This document shows, piece after piece, positions 1 through 13,264 of a DNA stretch of 64,000 nucleotides (its first letter is position 1; every line of letters starts with the position of its first letter). The position numbers and the translations under genes are program-made. The stretch is taken from the NCBI GenBank assembly GCA_047495785.1, contig JBLDXI010000009.1, positions 3,100,001 to 3,164,000 of the forward strand, in the 5' to 3' direction. The stretch is from Lepidodermella squamata. Taxonomy: Eukaryota > Animalia > Gastrotricha. The notes below the pieces were generated by a model. That model was not told where the DNA came from, searched no databases, and saw nothing but the letters and a program-made list of their open reading frames with translations.

Positions 1-1643
1 CCAAAGAAGACAGAACCAGGTGTTAAGAGTAATAACGACGTGGAAAATGCTAACTTTGTCGAAAACAAAGAAGACAGATTTGATGAGCGCTTGGAAGAAC
101 TGCAGAAAGTTAGTCCGAACATCGACTGGGAAGAATCTTTTCGTGCGTTGGGAGGCATGGCGGACGTCCCATCACTCGGCTCAAAGGATCTTCGGGTTTC
201 CTTCCGCAGCAAAACCTATTTCGAAAAGCTATCTGAGCTAATCGGCCAGACCAAGGCTAAACTCGGCGCCGATCGTAGCAAACGTGTGTTTCAAAACTAT
301 GCTGTCCTAACAGCAATCGATGCATTCAACGATGAAATTGCCTGCGATATATCTGCACCCTGGTACCAGCTTCAGGCCGTCGCGCGGTCTACCGCTGAGT
401 CTGAGCGCCTTGATGACGAGGCGTACTGCAAGAATCTTAAATCTGTCCATCCAGCGTGCGATGACTTGGTCCAGCTGTACCTCGACGATCACTTCGTCGC
501 CCGTCGTTTCTTGAAACGATACTTCTCGAATGAAAACGTTGACTACCTATCGAACATGACTAATCTAGTTCTGGCAGAAATTCACGACGCTTTAGATAAG
601 GTGACGTGGTTGGACGACAAGTCAAAGGCCGCCGTCAAGCTCAAGATCGAACAGATGAAATTTTCGATAGGCTTCCCGCCAGGCTTGATGAGCGAAGCTT
701 ACGATAAGAAGTATGATGCTCTTACAGCCATGGGGCCAGATTTCGTGCACAATATTAAGGCTATTAGTAAATTCGTGAGCGTTCGCAGTTTGAGACAATT
801 TAATGGTCCTGTTAATCGACTCGAGGAATTGTAATTGTTTTTTAATGCTAAAAAGCTCTGGTAAAATTACATTTTTCTTTCAGCTGGCAAGGCAGCAAGG
901 TTGTGTTTCAAAATTCGCAATACAAGCGGACCCTAAATACGTTCGGCCTACTCGCCGGCCACTACGTTGCACCTTCTTTCCGCTTCGACTTTCCTGGTGC
1001 TTGGAATTGGGGGTTCCCCAGCCAAACTATTGGACATGGTTCGATTCATACTTTCAATTCTGAGTAACTTCAATTTATTTTCAAACAGAAATCATCCATG
1101 GCTTCGATAGCAGCGGAGTCGACTTCAATGCCTACGGTGAGGCTAAGCCGATTTTGGATGGGGCGGCGCTTGCTAAGTTCAAGGAGCAGCTGAAGTGCCT
1201 CGTCGATCAGTTCGAAGTACTGCGTCCGGAACCGCCCAAGTACGGTGAAGCCACTCTGGCTGAAAATGCTGCTGACAACGCCGGGCTGAAGTTCGCATAT
1301 GCAGCCTTCAAAAAAGCTTTCGGCGATGATGGACTCAAGAAGTTCGAAGTTCCAGGCGTTCCGCTGAACAACGACCAGATATATTTCGTCAGCAATGCGC
1401 AAAGTTACTGCCTAGTAGATAGTGAATCGGGGAAGTATAAGCTGACGCACGATGAGCATGCCTACCCTCCTTGGCGGTGAGTTTTCTCTACGGAAACAGT
1501 GATCAATTCATAACCTACTTGTTTACAGAGTTAATGAAGGCATGAAGAATTTTGAGCCATTCGCTACGGCTTTTAGCTGCCCAGTTGGTTCAAAGATGAA
1601 CCCAGAAGGATGGAAACGCTGCGATATCTGGGCACCCCAGTAA
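1..1643 (+). CDS. M13 family (neprilysin/ECE-like) zinc metallopeptidase, 5'-truncated by window edge
   Basis: Exons ~1-830, 884-1038, 1089-1476, 1529-1643 with GT-AG introns. Splicing rebuilds GHEIIHGFD (HExxH), ENAADNAG (GENIADNGG-like), DEHA and the C-terminal RVN...FSCPVGSKMNP...RCDIW signature. Also has VTWLDDKSKAAVKLKIEQMKFSIGFP. Confidence 0.93.
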
Positions 1644-1776
1644 AACACTGCTATAAAGTTCTACCAACGGCAACATTCCATTGCTAACAAATTAGGACAA
1701 TATTATTAAGAAATCACTTATTTATTTCCTTTCAAGAATAGGAGCTTAGGTAATAATGGCAATTTTTTAGAATAAT

Positions 1777-3450
1777 TTAGGTTCTGGTTTCGATTTTGAT
1801 TTTCGGAAATGACATGTAGGGCGTAATAAAGGGAAGGCCCCATTTCTTCTTTTCCGTTCTCCATCGGCGGTATGTAGCTTCTTTCTCGTCGCCATGAATT
1901 TCGATATCGTATTTTGTTACAATATGCCAAATCACCAGTTTAATCACAGCGAGAGCATATCGAAAACCAAGGCACTGCCTCCTAGGATTGAGACCGAATC
2001 GGTGAAAATCGAGCTCCGACTTGCGTTCGCCCATGTGACGGGTTGGGTCAAACTTTTCAGGCTCTGGCCATATTTCAGGATCAAAATTGATCGCTTCAGC
2101 ATCCAAGCAGATGAAGGCTCCAGCAGGTAAATGATACCCACCAAGAGTTATATCATCCAGCGTCTGCTCAGCGACTGTAATCGTTAGAAACGGCTTGTGG
2201 CGGCCACATTCGCGGATAACAGCATCAAGATAAGGCAAGGACAGCAAAGAATTACAGTCCACAACCCCGGACGAATCAACATTACTCGCAGCCTGTTTCA
2301 ATTCGGCATATAACTCGTCGAGAACATGCCTCTCGTGGGCAAGGGTGATCAAGTTAGTCATCAAAACTGCATTTGTCACGTCGTTGTTGAATAGAAGGTT
2401 CTCATTCATCGATTGAATAATCATCTCTAGATCACCCGGGTTGATCTCTTCAAATGGTGGTAAACGCTCGGGGAAGAGTCGGTGAAACACCTGGGCGAAA
2501 CATCCGCCATCCGCGATAGAGACCTTGCCGCTACGTAGCATTTCATACTTCTGCTTGTTGAATGCATGCCATTGATTTTTCAGTTTGAAGCAACGTCTCT
2601 TTCTGTCAGTCGGCAGCAACAGATAAAATCGTTGGTTGCAAATGGGATTGATAGTCGAATCAGCGCTAAGTGCACTCATTTCCATAGCCATGCGATAAAC
2701 TTCATCCGTCTCGCTCTCTGCTATCAATTTACCGTACATAAGCCGTTTCAATACGTTGAACGGTAGTTTGAACAGTTCACTCCAGAAGAAGTCGAGAATA
2801 GCGCCATCTGTCAGGTAAGTTTGGCACCATTTGTCCACCTCTTCTTGCAGGATGATGAAGTTATCCTCGACTGCTTTCGGCATGAAGTCTGGCTTGAACA
2901 TGGTCCGGCATCGTTGCCAGGTTTTGCCAGCTTCGAAACCGACTGCTTGCCCCATTAATTGACTGAGCATTGGGCCCATAACTGCCAAGCCATGGTCGCG
3001 GGATACGCTTTTCGCATTGTCTCGGTACCATTCAACAGCTAGTTTACTCTGAGCTAGAACTCTGTCATTACACTTCCTGCACAAGAGCTCTAAAATAATT
3101 GCAGAAAACTCACATAATCGGGGTGTTGTAATGGTAAATGCGGTAGATGGGTCCATATTTCTGCCGCTTAGCCAAGCCTTCGTAGTTCGGCTGAGCTAAT
3201 GCACCGAACGGGAAGTGGTCGAACGTTCCATCGCCCGGTATTGACTGCAGTAATGACCCGACCTTCCGATAGCTATACCAAAGCTTGATTTTGCGGTATA
3301 GATACCACGCAGCTAGAGTCACGGAAGCTATGAACGCCCGGGAAAAAGGTTGCGAAAAATTTATCCGATGAAATGCTGCTTACTTCCGAGAAGGATGTTT
3401 TGAGCTTTCCGCATAGGTAACGCAGAATAGTTTGCGTCAAGCTGGATCAT
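1777..3450 (-). CDS. Cytochrome P450, 521 aa, with atypical (fungal GliC-like) motifs
   Basis: Exons 3450-3384, 3327-3114, 3061-1777 total 1566 nt in frame. Has an N-terminal anchor, KYGPIYRI, WQRCR (WxxxR), ECGR (ExxR), FDPTRH and the heme motif FGLNPRRQCLG. Confidence 0.92.
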
Positions 3451-3704
3451 TATCTATGTACCACTGCGAGCTCAAGAATCGTTAATTATTAAGCAACTAT
3501 AACCTCTGATTGAAGCATGAATTAACATTTTCAAAAGCAAAACAATAAGATGAAATTGTAACTTGGAAATAACTTAAAACCCCAAATGTTGAGTTCGTCA
3601 AGCAAAAGATGAAGCTGAAATTTGAAGAGCGGAATTGAAAACTAAAACGCGAATTTTGTTGACATGTTGCATCGCTGGTTTCAAAAAATGTTATTTATTG
3701 GTTT

Positions 3705-4115
3705 CAACTCGATATGGGTGATGGGACTCCAGAAGTAAAGACACTTCTGCTTTTGTGATGATAAAAGTTACCATAACCGTGACCCCGCTCCAGGCACTTC
3801 AGTGATTAGATAACAAAATGCCTCATTACTTCATGGCCTAGATAATGAGCCCAAGACATGTTGCGGTCAGACCTCAAAGATTCTGGAAAAGACTAAAAGC
3901 TCAAGTGCGCAGCTAAAGCACCGAACTCCAGGACGGAAAAGTGACGTGTTTCTGCAACCTCTTCACGCACAAACTTACAGCGGCTGTGTTGAATGCATGA
4001 AGCTGTTAAGAATCAATTCAACGCCAACTGGCGAGACACTTGACTAATCAACAAAACCTGCGACTTCTTCAACGTAACAGGGCTAACGCCACTCCTAACC
4101 TGCGCAAAGGACAGC
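3705..4115 (+). mobile_element. Possible decayed hAT-type transposase fragment
   Basis: GC-richer patch. Broken frames give LDNEPK, CFCNLFTHKLTAAV and LINKTCDFFNVTGLTPLL, in the order of the hAT DN, CxxH and following-helix motifs, interrupted by stops and frameshifts. Confidence 0.25.
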
Positions 4116-7100
4116 CAATTTCGAGATTGTTATTTTATTTATTTGAATACTTGAATATGAGTAAATATTCATAATTTCATGGGTAATTCATGGGAAAATT
4201 GAGCGTTGAAGTTGTCCTGGTTTGATTGTCATGTCTTGATCGATTAAAACAGGTGAAAATTAAGCGAGAAAAATAGATAATATTATGCTCGAAAAACACA
4301 GCCGTGCGCTAATTCGAATCAAGGTAATCCATATTATGGTATTCAGGTCACTGCTTCATTCACGGTGCCGAGGATCCACAGCTGGGGATTCGCCTATAGC
4401 AAACAAGACTAATTGCGCAATTGTTTTATATAATCGTATAATTTGATCATCAGGCCTCGTTTCCTACTACCGTGAATTTTGGTATATAAAAGCTGGGAGA
4501 CAAGATTGGGCATACAGTTCCCTAAATTCCCTACTAGAAAATGTCCCAAGCTGAATTTCTTTTCACTTTCACGCCAGATTATTAGATATATTCAATGGCA
4601 TTTTCGCCGCATTTTAATTATTTGGAACTAAAAAATTTCAATTTTACGTAAGATTTTTTCACATTTTTCGGCTTTACATCTTAGCTGATAAGAATTTTCA
4701 AGTTATACGCACTAGAAAAACAACCTGGAGGTAAACATTGAATTCCTGTGCAGCTAATTGATTACATTCGTCTGCTGTAGTGCTAACTTCCCCCATAAAA
4801 CATCATTTTTCCAGCTTCATCTCGCCTTCCTTTGAATTTCAATTTGCTTAATTATCAAGCCTCTAGTCGATAGGTCTCACCAACTCATAAGCGTGTTCTC
4901 CTACATCAGCGGTCATTTCGCGAGTGCATCATCAGTCGAGTAGACCAATATCGACAAGTTTTCTTAGGACACAGTCTTAAACTTGACCTAATTAAGGTCA
5001 TATAAGGGTGATTTTTTTCTGGTGGGACAATAATTAGGGCGTAGCTAATTTTTGTTATCTTTTTCGTTATCGATTAATAGCAATTTTTTATTTCACTTCA
5101 ATAAGCCGTAATATTTCGACTCGCCCGTGATACCCAATTGTTCGTTCTAGAACCCAAGCAGGGAGTGCTCTTTCAAAGTCAGCAACCAGCTATTTTGTAG
5201 CCAGTGTAAAAAATCGGGCGCACCCGTAAGACCTAGGTAACGCGAGCGCAATTTTATTTACTCATATCAAGGTAGCTAAAATATACCCTCGAGGAATCAT
5301 ATTATATCGTCAAGTATAAACAGACCGCTTCGTGGCTGTGCGATTATTATCTCGCGTTCGAAATCACGCGCCGCGTGCGAAATTACAACACACAGGCAAA
5401 ATAATATATCGCTGTTCGAAAACAATACCTCACAACTGCCTGGCGCTGCTCGATTTCGCGAGTCCTGGTAAAGGTAAACCATTTTTATGCCTACCTATAT
5501 TATTATAGATTATGGAAATGGGCTTATTTAGAGATCATAACAACTCAAGACATAACGATAGCTCGCGCCTGTTGTTTTCTAGATTCGCGTATAACTGATC
5601 ACCTTATCTCTCGCTGTTTTGTTCAATCATGCTCGGTGGGCGGATGAAAAACATAAATTTAGGAAAATAGTAAAAAAATTCTACTACTTCACTACTAATT
5701 TTTGTGTGTAACAATTAAATTTCGTTTTATTTTTATTCGTTTTCTCGCCACTTGTGAACAATTGAGCCGGAATTTTTTTGGCTGGTTTTTTAACGCGTTG
5801 AATCCACATTGCGCGTGACTCTATTAATCTCGCATATATATTATGATCGCCCCTCAAGAACAAAGGACGGGAAAAAAATCGCGCACCGTGAGCACGAATT
5901 AAATTAACTGTCGGAATATCGATCTCTTATTATTCGCGATGAAATTTTTTTTATAATATTTTTTAAATAAGATTTTTCGAGTTCAAATATCGTATATTAG
6001 CTTGCACCAGCCGGAAACAACCGGTCTTATATACGAGTAAGCTCGATCAAAAATCATGACGCGCTTCACAATTCTGTCTCAATAGCTTCGCCTCGTTTCC
6101 TCGTAAAAATGTCAAAATCTTCGAAAATTCTCAATGAAATAATACTTCCTTGTTTATTCGGATGTGGCAGCTATTTTTCACCCTTAATAACTTTTCAATC
6201 ACACATTTTATAAACAAAAAAATCTATTACAGGAATATAGAATTTTATAGTGATGGTAGCGGCGGTTTTAAATTCATAATTAATGCCTTGAAGATTCGGA
6301 ATTATCATGCAAAAAAAATTCTAATTGAATGTAACAACCGGTCCCTCGCGGATAGTCGGTAAATAAAAGCGCTAAAAGAGCGAGGGAGCGGACGGATGGC
6401 GAACATCGGCCTGTGCTATAATAAAAAAACAAAATTACGGAAATTAGTCCGGGTCCAATCACCTTTGTAAGTGCACAATTCGAGAAATTCCCATCTGCTA
6501 TTGAGAATAATTTTTCACGCCCATTTACACCTTTTCCGTCTTTAGGTATAATTTACCTCATGTCTTCTTCATCTAGTATTTTATTTTCACTATATCGTCA
6601 AAAACTTGTCCGTACCTGGGATTTATTGTTGACATGTCATGCGCTATTTTCAGCTCATTAGAGCACCCTAATTTACGAGACAATCAATGTTTTTTCCTTT
6701 CCTTTCCCTGCGGAGATGAAAAATCGTAAAGAAGAGGCGGACGGTCATTTATTGTTCGTGGTCACTGAAAAACAACATTATTATAATAGCCTGAAAAATA
6801 AGTTGTTTGATATGCGGCTGCTCTATTATCATTTTGATGCTCCTTATTTGTTTCCCCTTGTGCCTTATGTATAGCTATGATGGGCCGAGATTCGATATTT
6901 TATAGCAATTTTTTAATGATGATGATCTGTTTTTATAAGCGCGAGGCGATTGCGCATATCTCGTGAGGCAAGACGTGACGCAACGTGGTATAGCGCTAAT
7001 AACGCAGCTTGCGATCCGCAAGCGACAAGATCCTGTGTAATTCTATCTGGTTATATTGGGCCGTTTTTAGGCGTTTATCCGATGCCTGCTCTCAGCAGCA

Positions 7101-7294
7101 GCAGCAGCAGGAATAAATTGAGTTGAGAACGCTATACCTGATTTGCGCGACCTTTTTCTGCAGGTTTTTTCACTTCAATGATTCCATCGCATTTTAGCGA
7201 CATCGTGTGCTATGAAGCGGCTGTCCGACCTCATTGAATAGCTCAGAGTGGTAATTCTGATATAATATCAATAAAATTCCTACATAATGCTCTA

Positions 7295-7489
7295 TTCCTT
7301 TCCTTTCCTTTCCTTTCCTTTCCTTTCCTTTCCTTTCCTTTCCTTTCCTTTCCTTTCCTTTCCTTTCCTTTCCTTTCCTTTCCTTTCCTTTCCTTTCCTT
7401 TCCTTTCCTTTCCTTTCCTTTCCTTTCCTTTCCTTTCCTTTCCTTTCCTTTCCTTTCCTTTCCTTTCCTTTCCTTTCCTTTCCTTTCTT
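7295..7489 (+). repeat. (TTTCC)n pentanucleotide microsatellite, about 38 near-perfect copies
   Basis: Seen directly; it produces the spurious FPFLS ORF 7287..7544. Confidence 0.98.
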
Positions 7490-7663
7490 TATTCCTTATA
7501 GCTTTTCATCTCCTTATTTTTTTAAACATTTTCAAATTTTATGATTAGGCTTTTACCATAGATAATGATTCTAGGATCGATATTCCGCGATTTAAGAGGT
7601 TCCAATCTCGATCATCACCATAGCCCTTCGAAATAGCAACACTTCATCACAGCTCCTGAAGAA

Positions 7664-10600
7664 ATGAACCTCCTGCTAAACGGACCAAAGGGCAGTTTTG
7701 TGATCGTCGACTACGTCATCCTGGTCCTCGCCGTCATATCAAACTGCGTCGTGCTTCAGGGCATTGTTCGGGCGAAATTCAACCTAGCCGGCTATCGGCG
7801 CTTTCTCATCTCCCTGGTCATCAGCGAGCTATATGTCTGCGCCGTTAATTTGGCCCTATTCATGTTCGAAATCCTTACGTGGTACATGCCGAACAATTTC
7901 GGCAACCACTGCGAGTCTCACGTTCTACGGTCGTTTCAGCTGGTTGGATTTTTCGGTAATTTTTCATGATTTCAAAAAAAAAGAAGCCAAAGCAGGAAAA
8001 TTCAAATAATTCCTTATTAAATTTTCCAGCAAATCTGCTCAATCTATTCGGCATGACAGTCGATCACTTCATAGGAATTGTACGTTATAAACGGCCTGAA
8101 TTGAGTCTTAATTTTAATTATTTTATTTTCCAGGTTTACCCGCTCAAATACCGATCGGTAGTTTTCCCAGATTTTTCGAGGATTTTTCTTCATTTGATTT
8201 TGTTTTAGTGGATGAATGCTTCTGCAGCTCGAACAGCCGTTTGTGCCATCTGGATTATTTCCTTACTATTAGGATTCGCCGACATGCCAGTCGCTACGGT
8301 CAAGTACTTTTCGCAAAAATCGACATCAACCGGCAAACCAGCTGTTTGCTCCGGAAACGTAATCTCCGACATTGTCGACATTCTGGAGAGCAGTGATTTT
8401 CTGTCGCAAAATCAAAACTTGCTATTCAGCCAGGGCGAAAGCGAGCGGCCGCGAGGTTCGAGCGCGTTGGGCGCCAACTTTTTCATGCGATACCCGAATG
8501 GGTCTGATGTTTTCAATACGAGTGACTACAACTACTACAACAACCCGGCGATGAGCGACCCGGCGCTGTATCCCTTTCTATTTCTTGCCCAGTCTGAATC
8601 TTACTACGATGAGAAATTACTCAGGTATGAAGTTTGCAGTAATTCACTAATTAAATGCAATAATTAAATTGTGACATTTTTTATTATTTTTTCCCAAATT
8701 TTTTAATTTTTCTGATGTCGGAATTTTATAATTTTTTATTAAATATCTTTATGTTATGCATTTTTTGGGCTATCTAAACCTGCCTAAACCTGCTCAGCCG
8801 AAATTTTATGTATCGCTGACGTTTAATCGTATAAATAAGGCGAGGACAAATACGACGGGACAAACATGAAAGTACACATAAGACGATCAATTCAATTCTA
8901 TACCAGGAGAAATAAGACGAGGACAATTAAGACAAATGAAAAGAATGATATTTAGGGTTACGCTTAGGGTTAGGGTTGCAGTTACGTTTAGTTACGATTA
9001 CGGTTAGTCTTATATGTCCCTCCTTAATTGTTCTCGTCTTAATTATTGTCCCGTTATAAAATTACAAATTAATTATCCTAATCGCCCTGGTCTTATTAGT
9101 ACCCTTTCCATCGCTGATTCTTTTCATTTCAATTTAATTTAATTTTTAAATGAATCTGAATTTTAGAGGAATAGAAGGAATTGATGCCATGTAATAATTA
9201 ATAAGGCGGAGCATTTTATCGGATTTCTTATTAATCGATAAATTCGGAAAAATGAATTTTTTGTGTGACTAATTTCAGACTGAAATCCCCATTAATTTTT
9301 CAATGATTTCTTCCTTTTTTTAGAGATACTCGAAGTGTCACGAAATCGAAAAGCAAGTCAAAAGCTCTCAAGCAGCCTCAGGCAGCAGCCATAACTTTCA
9401 GCTCATCTTCCTCTAGCCCTCGAAGCCAAGACATAACGTCGAAACCATCTCGGCTAACTGTTAATCATTCAAAACTGATTTTCTCTAACTTCAAAAACAA
9501 TATTCATATATTCATAGTTATCCTACGCGACGACTTTCAAGGCGACTACAACCACCCCACCAACTACGACATTTTTGTCGCAAATAACAACGACTTCGCT
9601 GTCGAGGCGCATTATTCAATCGCCCGAGAATGAAGTCGCCCTATGCGAGGCCCTGATCAAAGCTCAGAATAAAATGGACGACCACGGCTGGTGTTCACAA
9701 TATGGCCAAGATCCGTGGCTTGAAGTGTGCATGTACGTTAATTTTTTAGAAATTTTTCGATTTGATTTGATTTATTTTATTTTCTTTTAGAATGTCTCTA
9801 ACAATAGTATGCTTCATTTTCTTCTCTTTCTGCTACGGCAAAATATTCCGAAAGGTACAATTTGCCCCGTCTCGATGACGATTTCACCCGATTAATGATG
9901 ATTAATTAATCGATTTTTTTCGCAAAGGTGTTCGTTGAAGCGGAATTCAAGCGTCGAAAAACGAAAAAAATGGTCGTCACAACGTGTCTGCTGCTGAGTA
10001 CATTCGCAATTTGGTACGGATGATTATTGCACCTTCTGTCTAGGTCACATTTTTAGGACTGTCAGATAGTCCTTAAGTGTTATACCCTGGACCCCTGGAC
10101 CCACGCTCGGTATCCAGGTGTAAAAATTAAATAATTTGATTTGAAAATTCAATAAAATTCTGCTAAATTGAGAGAATGAGAAAAAAATGAGAATTTAAAT
10201 TTATTAAAATATTTTTTTTAACAGTTACCTGCCATTTATGCTCTACGAGTTTTTCATGATGTGGTACGATGACGCAGCTCAAGTTCAAAGTTCTACAACG
10301 TAAGTCCTAAAAATCAATAAAATTTGAGAAATTCTCTAGGAAATGATTGATTAAATTTGAATTTTCCTTTTACTAACTGCTTGATCATCGCATTTTATTC
10401 CATACTTCTCAGCCCCGATGAATCGGAATTTGAAGTCATAAGCTATGAAATGTAATGCTTACCGTAGTGTAAAAACCTTTAATTTTATTTAGTTTATTTT
10501 TAATTTTATCAATCAAGTAGAAGATGAATGAGTCTATTATCTGAACATAAACTCGTTCACATCACAATAATTCTGTTTCCGTTGAATCCTTTACTTTTAG

Positions 10601-11360
10601 CCTTAGAAAAATTCAACATTTTTCGGATTGAAATTAATTCTGATTTTTTCTATTTTATTTAATAAAGGTTTCTTCTCATTCACAACGGTAAAAGACTTCT
10701 TCAGTTGAAAATGTGGGACTCTTCAAATTTTTAATATTTCAGTTTTCAACTCGCTATTGCTTTCCTATCCTCTTTTCGATCCAATTATCTTCGTCGCGCG
10801 ATCTCCTCCTGTCATGAGGTAATCCTTATTCAAGGTGTCCCAAAGAAAAATAAGTTTAATTTCGATCCAGAAATGTTCTCGACCAATTCAGATGGTTGCT
10901 GCCCTGCTGCCCGGGGCCGATTCGATCCCGATTAAAGCAGACTCTATCAGAAACCAAGTATTCCTACGGTAGTGAAATGTCGAATCGAAGATCGACCCGC
11001 GTTTCAATTTCATACCCGAATACGAATCGAGAACGCGGCAGCAGTGTAACAGCTCACGAAAGTACGGCGACGAACACTGGCGATGAAAATCGGCCGGCGA
11101 AAAACGGCTCAGCCGCGTGTGAAGTGCCTCTGCTGCCGTTTGTCGCGGCGCCAAACGGCGGGCCCGCCGCAAATATTCACCATCTTAACATCGCCTCGCT
11201 CCACTTGCGAGACCCAAAGTGCTGCTGTAATGGAATTAACGGTATAGTCATTCCCCCGGCATCAGGTGACACCAAGGCGGTGAGAGTTAACGGAAATGGA
11301 GCAGCTGCGGCTCGAAAACTATACTTATTCGGCGCCGAGGCGGAAGATTACTATATTTAG
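7664..11360 (+). CDS. Class A GPCR paralog 1 (large ECL2)
   Basis: Exons ~7664-7955, 8030-8079, 8134-8157, 8209-8624, 9324-9459, 9518-9732, 9791-9853, 9928-10012, 10224-10299, 10668-10687, 10743-10818, 10871-11360. Motifs SLVISEL, MTVDHFIGIVYP, W4.50, WC, FCYGKIF, CYLP, DPIIF. Confidence 0.88.
8834..9104. mobile_element. Foldback/MITE-like element with degenerate TTAGGG core
   Basis: Left arm ATAAGACGAGGACAATTAAG pairs with right arm CTTAATTGTTCTCGTCTTAA around TTAGGGTTACGCTTAGGGTTAGGG at ~8952-9006. Confidence 0.6.
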
Positions 11361-13264
11361 TGCCTTATATCGAACTTAAAAGAAGACAACATGATGATAA
11401 TCTCCTTGCCATTTTATTTTTCATTTCTGTATGTGTTCCGATGGAATTAAATAATTCTCGCAAAAAAGGCCGACCGATAAATAAAAAATGAGGACGGAAT
11501 TGTGTATGTTTATTTAGGGTAACTACAAACCCAGCCGTAATTTTAATCGAATTATTATGTTCGGTTATATAAAAATGATATATCACGATATTTTCCGCTG
11601 TTTACTACTGGCGCGTATAATATTAGCGGCCGGAAAAATGTAGGTAGTAATTTGATTTGCGGCTAAAAAGCAAAAAAAATAGCTCCGCATGACCATTTAT
11701 TATTGCGATGAAAGGACGTAGTGGTTGATTTAATTTTGGGATAATGTTATATTTTAACATCTTATTTCCGCTGTTGATACTGCCTCTCTTTCCGGGTAGT
11801 TCGGATCACCGCACTCGTAACATGTTTCTCTTGATGGTCGGTCTTATGAAAAAATAATGACATCTAAAAGGGTCTGCGGGGATTTTCGATATGCAGTAAG
11901 TCTGACGAAATTTTTAATCCTCGACGCTTCAATTTCGATAACGCGTCATGGGCCACCTATGAACCTGTTTATTGACGGCTTCTCACTTTGCCTTGTAATC
12001 CTTTAAACCTCTCTAAATGATCGTTAAAATTAACAATCTCCTTGCGGATTATCCTGAAATCAGTCGCGAGTAGACGTATTGATCTCATCTATTTTTAGTA
12101 AAATTCTTGTTTTTTATCCCTTGAATATTTTTCTAAAATTTTATCAGAGCACAGGAAAATGTCGGACGCGCCTCCGTCTAGGCCACTTGGCGAAACCCTC
12201 AAAATAATTCCGAAAAATCGTCGAAATTAATATCCTGAACTTGCGGCGAAAATGTTAGGCTGCGTAGGGTGCGGATGAATCTACGCTCATTTTAGCCCTA
12301 TAAATGGCCTCCTGTGTTTAATTAATTTACGCATTAGACGTCAAAACAGTTCATCGTGCTTACAGAGGAAAATATCCGCTACGTAATCGCGACGTCGCTA
12401 AGTTCAAAATGTCTCAAATTTCGATAAAGACTATAAGTTACATGTTACAAGTTACATAAACGGGTTCCAAGTATTTCATTCAATTTTCAGAATAGCTGAA
12501 TTTTTTTTGGAAATAATACGCGGTAGGGGTTCATATATGTCTCTCGCTCTCTCGCTTTTGTTTTTGTTTTTGTTAAAAGATGGGACCAATACGGCTACTT
12601 TATATTATTAGGCGAGAATTTAGGACAATTACTTATTCATAAGCCATTACCAGCAATATTTACTACACATAGTTGTTGTTTGCCGATATGACCTGCTATG
12701 GACATTTCGAACTCTCCCACAGTATATATAAGCAAAAGCCCACGCCGCAACCCCGAAATTCGATACGCACGCATTTTAAGGCCGCAGTTTTTATTATCGG
12801 CTCAAATAATACACACAAAAATCGCCGCACGCTTTTTGCTGCGCAATAGCCAAATTTTACCATTATTTTTAGGATTCTTATAATTCCCTAATTTCTAAAA
12901 ATAAATTAGATTTTTCATTAATATTAATGTGCGGGATTTTTTTCGTGAAAAATTAAGAATAATATTAGATTTCCTAACTTTGAAAAGTATTTTTTTTTAG
13001 GAAATATGCTTGCTGTAAATTTATAATTGGTTCCGCTGAAGCTCATCATTAGTTTCGCTCAAAGAATTTCGTTTATTAGGACTCGTTATTAAATCCTAGA
13101 ATTTCGTCTCACTTAGTAGGTCTAGCAAGATTTAATCTTTCAATTATACCTTAGAATTTTAATCAACATTAAGTTATTTACGCAGATAAATATGACACCC
13201 CGTTGCGGCGTCGACTTGGGTCGCACTTGAGTGTTTTTCGCCCGTCAAACCTGGACCTGTACTA

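Noticed and set aside
7287-7544. 85-aa FPFLS-repeat ORF
   Set aside because: It is a translation of the (TTTCC)n microsatellite.
1-11360. Neprilysin, P450 and GPCRs as one ligand synthesis, degradation and receptor cluster
   Set aside because: Only adjacency supports it; there is no shared regulatory or biochemical evidence in the sequence.
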